A stretch of 18,816 bases of DNA from Piromyces finnis finn (lineage: Eukaryota > Fungi > Neocallimastigomycota): NCBI GenBank assembly GCA_002104945.1, contig MCFH01000191.1, forward strand, positions 1 to 18,816, read 5' to 3'. A model generated the notes under the pieces. That model made no database searches, had not been told where the DNA came from, and saw nothing but the letters and a program-made list of their open reading frames with translations. The translations under genes and the position numbers were made by a program. Below, in pieces: positions 9,607 through 18,816 of the stretch; the stretch's first letter is position 1; each line of letters begins with the position of its first letter.

Positions 9607-10687
9607 TTATTTTGAATTGGCTAGTTTATTTTTCTTTTGTTGACGTTCTTTTTTATAAGCATCGATTTTTGCCTTTAACTCAACATCTACAATAGTAGTA
9701 ATAGTAATAAAAAAATATTAATTATTTATAATTAAAATTAATAGTAATACATTTTTTACTTACTTGGTGTGACCATATCAATAGTTAAAGGTTGTCTGTT
9801 GAATGGATCATGTGAATCACTTAAAAGATGACTTTTAATGGTACTACGATCAACAGTTTGATGACTTGTTGGAAGTATAACTGGATCATCCATAAGAGTA
9901 TATAACAATGGATCTAAAATTCATCTGGAATGTCTTGATCTATTTCATCTTCCAAATTGATATTATTTACTTCTTTTTCTACATTTTCAACAAAGTTTAA
10001 GAGTTTTGTTAAATCATTCTATAAAACATTTAAATTATTAGTTTTTATGTTATTATCAAAGACAAATAAGCAAAAATAAATAGTAATTCGATAATTAGAT
10101 ATTAAATTTAAGTTGCATTATGAAATCAAAATATAATATTAATTTATTTTATATTTATGGATGATAATATTTACTTGTCCTTTTAATCCATTCTTTCTTA
10201 AAATTTGGTGAGCTTTTAAGAATATTTCTTTTCTATAACTACGTCCATCTCTAGCAACAGCATTTATAAATTCTTGCCTATTACTTAAATGAATGTAAAT
10301 ATCTATAAGTTCAGTTAATAATTTTTTGGATTAAATCTGTATTTTTCGGGTTCAGCAACCTATATATTTTTATATAAAATTTGTTAATACCATAACTTAA
10401 TTATTATAAATCTATTTAAAAATTTTTATTAATTATTATAACTACCTTTAATTCAGTACATTTGGTCCACTAAAGCAGTTAAATTATAGTCCATCATTGC
10501 AGCAAGTCTTTCAACGATTTCTGGTTCCATAAATGGTTGGATAATTTGGTGGATCACTTGTCATGTAATTTAACATATGAACAGTTTCATTACCAAGTGA
10601 CATATAACTGATAGCTTGTCTTTCATCCATGCGAAGAAGATTTTCTCTTTCACTTCTATATTGCTATTATAGTTTAATTTTATATAT

Positions 10688-10744
<57 letters not shown>

Positions 10745-10750
10745 AAATAA

Positions 10751-10793
<43 letters not shown>

Positions 10794-13700
10794 AATAAAA
10801 AATAAATAAATAAATAAATAAATAAATAAATATACATCTGTTTTGCTATTCCAGTTTTGAGCATCTGTCATTTCTTTTTGAATGACATGAATTTCAGATA
10901 ACTTTGCTAAAGCTTCATCTAATAAATATGTTGTATCGTTCATAAGTAAATTGGCAAAGTGTACAAAGAATTCAGTATTTCTTAATATTTTAATATAATT
11001 ATATAATAAATATATAATAGTATTAGGTAGATTGAAAGATTGAAAGAAATGAGTTTATTAATATTAAATTAATACTTAATATATAAATATTTGTATAAAA
11101 TAATTGTAAACATACTTGCTTTGATTAATAACTTGTTTTCTGTGATTAGCATCATCCCATACCATTTAAAACCTGACTAATATATATCTAATATTGAACT
11201 TATCATAAAATTGACTATGCATACCAGTTTGTTCAATATCTAAATAATTTCATTAAGTTTAATATTTCTTTTTATATAATATAAAATATATGTATTATTT
11301 AATTAATACTATGAACATTTACCAATATAGAATTTCATCATATCCTCAACAAGTAAATCTTTAGCTAATGGGTGCATTTCGAAGATTAAATTTAAGTGTC
11401 CAGAAGTATGACCAAGAGCATCGCGATAAAGTGGGACAGTAAAGCAACTTAAGATCTATTTAAAACATTTAATTAATATTATTGCCTAGTATTGTAATTA
11501 TTATAATTATTAAATTTATGTATATATTTACTTCAGCAAATTTAGCTTTTAAGTATGGGTTTTTAATATAATTAGAATTATTCATTAAAACCATTATGAA
11601 AGTCATTAATTCGTCTCTTGAAACAACTTCGAATATAGTTGCTTTGTTTCTATTATAATGATTAATTTTAATTTGTTTAATTTCATTTTATTACATTTTT
11701 CTTACTAATTTTAAATAATATTTATATATACCTGCAAACAAATACTAAAAATTCACAAATATCGTCGATGATCCATTCTGGAAGAGCCTTAAAGGCATCT
11801 GGAGCTTCATCTGGTAATTTACGTAAATCAATATTTCCTGAAATATCACCTCTAGATAATTGAGCCCAGTTAATATTTGTTGTTGATGCTACCATACCAG
11901 ATTTATTTAAGATTAATTTAATAATCCATGTCATAACTAAGTTGTAGAATTTAAATACATCTACTAAAATAGTTTTATTTAATAATATAGCGTCCATAGC
12001 AAGCTTATGATCAATCATAACATCTAATTGAGTCTTTTATTATATTTTAACAATTTAATTATTATTATATTAGTAAAATTCATGAGATTTTAATTTTAAT
12101 TATATATATATATTATAATTTTATTTATATTATAAATTTACTTGATATCTGATTAAAAGCTGTTCATTAACAACTCTTCTAATACCTAAATTAGCCCATA
12201 CACCACTATTTTTTTCAGCATTCATTTTCTTAACTTGCTTTCTTATTTCTTCGATTTGACTAACCATACGTTGATAAAATCTTACAGTACTAAGAAAACC
12301 ATAGTGATATACTGCCATTGTTAAATAAAACATTTCAGTGACAAAGTTTGGTTTTGGAGTTTCAGGATGTTCTTTATTCCATTTTTCACTATATTCTTTA
12401 GATTGATTTAAATCAAATAAGATTCTAGTATGTTCTGTAATATCAATACGTTTGGTATATGAAAAGTAATCTAAGTCAATTAAACCAATTTTCTTATATC
12501 CTGGATCTAAGAATGGTTCACATAATTTATGACATACCCTAGTAAGAGAATACATTAAACCATCAGTAGATACCTCTTTTCTGTCAATCTATAAATTGTA
12601 TATTAATATATAATTAAAAATATGAATAATATTTTTTTTGTCCTTTTATTTATATTTATATTACTTGAATTTTTTCTCTTGATTGATTTTTAGTAATAGT
12701 ATCACCAAAGAATTTTAGGACAGCTTCTCTTGATGATAGACCTGCTCTAATAATAGACATAGTCATTGAAAACAATGTTGACTTTTTTAATAGTTATAAA
12801 TAATAAAATATTAAAATATATTTCCAAAAAAAAAAAATAATAATAATAACCATATTATATTATTAATTGTTTAAATATTGAAAATATATTTTTACTTGAA
12901 CATTTTCAACGAGAGAACATAAACTATTTTGTGATGCTTTTACGTCGTCTGGATTTCTAGAACCGATTTCAAATCCATTTATATTATTTTCATATGCTGT
13001 TGAATAACTGAAAGAATTTCTATTAGAAAAATATGCTTGTGATATACCTGAATCTGAATCAGGGAAAGCACTAACTTTTGAATAAAATACACCAAGGAAT
13101 GTTTTATCTTCAATTTCTTTTGCAGTAACTGATTCGGGATTCCAATAATTAAGAGTTGGAACCTTTATATATTTATATTAAGATGATTGTTATTTTTTAT
13201 CTCATAATATTATTATATGATTATTATAAGATACATTTCATTTTATATTAAACTTACAATTGCTGCTATTAATTTATTTGTCAATAATTTTGAAACAGCC
13301 TTTGAATTTATAATAACAATTTGAGATAGTTAATAATAATATAAATTAATTTGATTAATTATTTAAAATGTATTTTTAGAGTCTAATAAATTAAATTAGC
13401 AATAAAAAATATATACAATTATATAATAATAGTTAATATTAATATTAAAATAATTATTACATTTAATGGAGGAAGATAGTTTTTATTTAAATTTTGCTTA
13501 TTCATTTCATCCATAATGTATTTTAAAATTGGATCAAATATTTCTTCTATATTATCACTAATCTTTTGATAAATTCGTCAAAGAAAAGTGTTGGTAATTG
13601 GTTTTCAAGTTCAAAAGCATTAGAATTTAATAACTTATGGCAATACATTTTGGACCTAAATCAATTATTCTGATATTTAAGTATAAATATAAATTAATAT

Positions 13701-14910
13701 ATCATCAGAATTTTTAACTTTGGGAAATTATTATTAATGAAATGATAATAATTTATAGAGGATTGAAACATTAATTATGAACCTTTGTGGTTGTGGGAAC
13801 ATTTCGCTAAAGTACTATTACAAATCCAGATAACTACAATTAATTCCTTTGCTGAATTTAATCTTTCAATTCTTTTATTAACTTTGTTATTTAATTCATT
13901 TTTTGCATTTCAGTTATATTTTTTCTAATAATATTTATTAGTTTTTCTTTGAACTTCACATAATGCTCTCCAACAATTAACTAAGTAATCAAATAATGGT
14001 ACAGCATTATCATTAGCATTATCATCTAAAGATAACGTGCAACTAATTAATCTTTCTATAATATTTGTTGTTATTTTTAAAGGTAATTTTCAGAAATTAA
14101 ATCCTCAGATAATTCCTTAAGAATTTTTATTCTTCATTTTCTTTGTATATTCTATTATCAATAATAATTATTATTATATATGCATTTATATTATTAAGTA
14201 TTATATTAAATGTTATATATTATCTATGAAAAATATTACATTATCTAAAGTGCACTTAAATATTTTTTTTATTGTTGATCATCCCATTCATCTTCGGTTT
14301 GTGATAAAAATAATACAATTGCTTCAACTTTACTCTTTTTTTTTTTGCAATTAATTGATGAACTTGAAGAATTCTGATAAACAATGAAATTTATTTTTAA
14401 AATTATAATTTTATTGTTAATTTCATAATATATATAATATCTTATAGTATAGAAATGAGAATAATTTAATTAATTCTTATTTTTAAATAATATATGTATA
14501 TATAGTAGTTATTAATTTTAATACTTGTGAATTTTTCATTGAACTTAAAGTAGAGAATACATTTTGTTTTATTGGTGTTTCTATTTTGGTTCTACCTTTT
14601 TAGGTATTGTCTTTGGTTCTTCTTTTGGTGTTTTGTCTTCATTATTTTCAGAATCCTCACTTTTATTTTCAATTTTAGGCTTCTAATTGATTTAATCTAA
14701 GTAACGTTTTTGACGATCTTTTCAATATTTAAATATAAAATATTTTATTAAAAATATTATTTATGTCAATTAATTTTGGTGAACCAATTCCAATAAAAAA
14801 TGTCAAGTTATTTTAAAAAATATTTGAATTTTATTTTTTAATCATTATTCTAGAAAAAAAAATACATAACTATCTTGATTAGTTTCATTTTGTTCGTTTT
14901 GTTCTATCAT
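9607..14910 (-). CDS. UFD2: Ubiquitin conjugation factor E4 (Ufd2/UBE4B-like U-box ligase), 18 exons
   Basis: Exons deduced by hand from GT-AG boundaries: 14910-14871, ~14717-14525, 14373-14240, 14151-13783, 13669-13461, 13299-13258, 13162-12896, 12781-12665, 12588-12142, 12033-11732, 11649-11532, 11455-11323, 11239-11116, 10980-10836, 10663-10446, 10359-10175, 10018-9764, 9686-9607. Motifs include [71 protein letters not shown] and ARDGRSY, plus the U-box [40 protein letters not shown]. The 5' exon boundaries are less certain because of indels. Confidence 0.95.
10689..10832. repeat. (TAAA)n microsatellite, roughly 35 units with two interruptions, inside UFD2 intron 14
   Basis: Read directly. 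It fills most of the 172-nt intron (10664-10835). Confidence 0.97.
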
Positions 14911-16259
14911 TTTAATACTGTGATTCAAACTATAGAACAATAATTATTTGTTATTTTTTTTTTTTTTTTAATAATTTTTTAAAAGTTTTATATATTAATT
15001 ATTTGAATATACTTTTAAACTTTTAATAATTTTAAAATAAAAAATATATTATTTATGATATAATTTAATTATTATTAAAATTATGGATGACACAACAATT
15101 AATTTTAAAATAATTATTATTAAAAGGTTATGGTTTATTTATATAAAATATAATATTTAACAATAAAATCATTAATAATTATTTTATTATTTTATTAATA
15201 TTATTTTATTATATTTTATTATATTTTATTTTTTTTACTATATGTAAAAAAAGATAATTAAAATAATAAGAAGCAATAATAAAATAATAAGAATAAATAA
15301 AACTAATAATAACTAAAACATTATAAAATATTATATATTATATATAAAGGGTTAAGAAATGCATAATAAATTGTTTTTATTTTTGAAAAATAGCATTATA
15401 ATATTTATATCAACAATAATGAAATTATATAATTAAGTAATTAACCTGTTGCATAATATTATTTAATAATACTTATATAGAAAGAATAACAATTATTCTT
15501 GAATTTTATTAATATTTAATATCATATTACATATAATTGAAAAAAATCATAATAATAATAATAATGAAAATTACAGTTAAAGAAAGAATTAAATTATTTA
15601 CAGCATCAATTAGTTAAATGTTTAATAAATTTCTTATTTTATCATTATTTAATAGTCAAATATTTGAAATATATATTAATTCTATTATTTTACTTTTTTT
15701 GTAAAGTTGATTTAATAATTTATATATTAATTTTGAGTTTATTAAATTGAATAAACAAAGTTTTAAATATATATTGAATATTTAAATATTTAAAAAATAT
15801 TTTCTAAAAATTAAGCAATATTGTTAAAAAAATAATGAAAGCAATATGTATTTTCCATTTAAATATTAAGAATGCTTATATCCATCATTTTTCAAGTCTC
15901 CATAATATAATAATAATATATTTATATTTGTGTGTTTATAATGTTAATAAATGTAATTTATAATGATATTTTTGGATTATTAATAATAAGATAATAATAT
16001 GTTACACAGATATCTTAATGAGGGTATTAATTATGCAGAAATATCATTTTTTTAATAAATATGAAATTTTAAATTGCCTCCTTTCTTTTTTATTATCATA
16101 TTTTATAGTATACTATTAATTAATTTTTTTTATTTTAATATTTTAAATTAAAGTGAATTTCTTTTTAATATAGTAATTAGCATCTATATTTTATTTTTTT
16201 ATAGCTAATTATAAATATAAATATAATATATATATATAACATAATTTAAGGAACAAGGA

Positions 16260-16650
16260 TAATTATTATGAGAATTTTCAAGAAAAAATATTATCATTTA
16301 CTAAGGAAGAGGAAATAGTTAGTAATATTCATGTAATGATAATGTTGATATACAATATTAATAAAATATGGTTGTGACCTATTTAATAATTATTTAGGAT
16401 ATCAGTTAAACCCAATTATATTAACTATACTTAGGCATTCTTGGATATAAAAAATGAATGTCCATATTTATAACAATTAAATTTTTTTAAGAAGATTGGA
16501 TTTTATTAAATAGTGTTATTATTTAATGACTTTTTATTAGTTTAAAGGATTACTAAAAATTGATTGCTTTAATGAATTAGTGGAAGAATCTCGATCTATC
16601 TTGTTTAATTATGAAAACATATTTTCAACAAGTTTTTTTGAAAGAACATT
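16260..16650 (+). other. Decayed coding-like segment of unknown origin
   Basis: Locally higher G+C with protein-like frames (ENFQEKILSFTKEEEIV; KYGCDLFNNYLGYQLNPIILTILRH; DCFNELVEESRSILFNYENIFSTSFFERT), broken by stops and shifts. Confidence 0.3.
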
Positions 16651-17893
16651 ACTTTTAATTTATATTTTTATATATTTTTATTTTATAAATTAAAACTTTA
16701 TTATGTAAAATAAGTTTTCCAAATATGCACTAATTAATATTTAATATACTTTAAATACGATAAAGTTTTTTTAATCATTTTGTACTACAATAAACTAATA
16801 TAGATGAAATTTTATATTTATTAAAAATACTGATTTTTGAACAATTTCGTAAAGGAAATGTATCTAGTTTATGATAAATGTAGTTACAAATAAGGTCAAA
16901 ATAAAGTATATATGAGCAAATATAATTACTATAAAATAAATAAATGAAATATTTAATCTGATATTTTGATTATTATAATAAAGTCAAGTTTTATTTTTTT
17001 ATTTCAATTTCTGTATTTATTAGTATCAATAACTGAACTTAATATATTAATATTTATTTAATATATTAAATTTATATCAGATAAGAAAAATATATAATAT
17101 TAATTAAAACAGTTTCTTTAATACTTATTAAATAAGATTCATTTTAATTATTATTAAAATAAGAACATTCAATTTTATTTGATATTTAAATATTATTTAT
17201 TGTCTTGTACAGCATAAAATTATTTAATAATATATAACAATTTAAGTTTATTATTGAAACTCCTTTTTTTTTTTTTTTTTTTATTTAAAATTATTTATTT
17301 TTTGTTAATCAACATAGAATTATTTATTATTGTTTGTAGTACAATTATAAGGATTATATTTCAACAAAAATATTTAATATTAATAATGTATATTGTGTTG
17401 TATTGTATTTCTAAAGAAAGATAGGGAAAATTAATAATAAAATAATAATGTTAATCTTTTTAATTCTATTATAAATTATTCCGTTGTTTAGCTATATATT
17501 TTAAGAATGTCTATAAATATAATTATGTATATAATTATAATTTTATCACCTTTAATTCGCATTTACATTGTAAATAATAAATAATTAATAAGGTTTTATC
17601 ATATTTGTTTTGAGGAACACAATGTTTTAAAAATTTAATATTGGATGAACTCTAAACTTTAAATAATAATATTTCTTTTTTTTTGAGAAAAATCTTTTTC
17701 CATTTAAATGTTAATGTAAAATTCGTTATTTTTTTAATATATAGTTTTTTTTTTTTATAAATTGAAAACATATAATGAATAAATTTCCTATTATTAAAAA
17801 CTACAAAAAAAAAAAAAAAAAAAGAAAAAAAAAATAAAATAAATAAATAATAAACAAATAACAAATAAATAAATACAAATATTATTAGTAAAA

Positions 17894-18816
17894 ATGAAAA
17901 TACCATATTATATCTCTTTTGTTTTAATATTATTTACTGTTGCTATTAATGCTTTCAATGTTACTATCTCTGATAGAGATATGAATAATTATTAGAAGTT
18001 GAAAATATTGAAGAATATTAAATTTAATGGTGAAAGATTATTAGATGTTTATTATGATAAATACTCTTAAACAAAAGAAACATGTTGTTATTCATATTTT
18101 CGGTAGTTATTGGATTAAGGGTGATAAAATAGGACAAACAAAATCGGTTCTCTTCTTGAAAGAGAAGGATACGTTGCTGTTGTTCCAATTATGTTTTTTC
18201 CCAAATGGTACTGTAGAAGATATGGTTGGACGATATTTATTAATGCTATTCAATGGACTTACAAAAATATTTCAAAGTATGGTGGTAATCCAAGAAGATT
18301 TACATTTGTGCTCATTCTTCTGGTGCTCACATTGCTGCATTAACTATTATTAAATCTGCATTAAATTTAGAAAACAATGGGTGTTAAATTAGAACCTTTA
18401 CCAAAACTCAGAAGAGTTATTTTTAATTAAATGGCCTTACAGTTTTGATGCTGAATTCCTCACTTACACTTTACAAGGTTCAGGAATACTTCTAATGTTG
18501 CTATTACATCTAACGTCGAAGAACAACTTCTTCTTCAAAAAATTAATGATGACATATTATAATGATAAATCCATTTCCCCAATCGAACTTCTTAAAGAAT
18601 GTGAAAAGAATTCTAGCAAGTTAAATGTTAATAAATTTGTTTTCTTTTACATGCTGATGATAATGTTATTCCAGAATCTTCTTCCAAGGGTTTAATTTCT
18701 GAAATTATGCGTACTAGTTCAAGCTCTTTTGAATATATTTACGAAGAAGGTTTAGGCCATGCTACTGTTACTGATGGTGTTAAAGCAGGTCTTTCTGAAT
18801 ATGAAGAATGGTACAT
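17894..18816 (+). CDS. Secreted alpha/beta-hydrolase fold esterase/lipase, 3' end outside the window, multiple 1-bp indels
   Basis: Signal peptide MKIPYYISFVLILFTVAINA. Frame-corrected reading: LLDVYYD..KHVVIHIFGSYWIKGDK..EREGYVAVVPNY..FPNGTVEDMVDDI..AIQWTYKNISKYGGNP..AHSSGAHIAAL..LNGPYSFD..DDNVIP..EGLGHATV. This places Ser at 18316, Asp at ~18656-18661 and His at 18758. Confidence 0.85.

Noticed and set aside
10689-10832. Repeat array as CRISPR-like or coding repeat
   Set aside because: It is a simple tetranucleotide microsatellite without spacers, inside a GT-AG intron.
14717-14735. Non-canonical acceptor for UFD2 intron 1
   Set aside because: A canonical AG at 14719-14718 gives a workable frame, and the region is indel-rich, so the exact boundary is uncertain.
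17652-17906. 84-aa Phe/Leu/Ile-rich minus-strand ORF as a membrane peptide
   Set aside because: It is a translation of poly(A)/AAAT low-complexity DNA in the esterase promoter.
7894-18816. Calling H2A, UFD2 and the esterase pseudogenes
   Set aside because: The lesions are 1-nt indels in base runs with catalytic and structural motifs and splice sites intact. The palindrome arms show the same error type.

Overview
This is extremely AT-rich, intron-rich eukaryotic DNA. The H2A, UFD2 and composition suggest a fungus, most consistent with an anaerobic gut fungus (Neocallimastigomycota); that is inference. Left to right: (1) A Ty1/copia LTR retrotransposon on the minus strand (~790-6556) with a 234-bp 5' LTR, gag, protease, integrase, a long linker, RT, RNase H and PPT. 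Its 3' LTR breaks off after ~20-30 nt and folds back into a near-perfect inverted copy of the RT/RNase H end (1-~790). Its primer-binding site matches the anticodon arm of tRNA-Lys(CUU), implying half-tRNA priming. (2) An intronless, unpaired histone H2A gene lacking the C-terminal SQ motif (7894-8292, -). (3) An 18-exon UFD2/UBE4 U-box E4 ubiquitin ligase gene (9607-14910, -) with a (TAAA)n tract filling one intron. (4) About 3 kb of intergenic DNA with a decayed coding-like island. (5) An intronless, secreted alpha/beta-hydrolase (esterase) gene with atypical motifs that runs off the window end (17894-18816, +). Single-base indels in homopolymers break most genes. Comparing the two palindrome arms suggests these are mostly long-read consensus errors rather than pseudogenisation. 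I found no convincing wholly new multi-gene system. The best leads are the Lys half-tRNA PBS, the LTR fold-back, the long integrase-RT linker and the atypical esterase.
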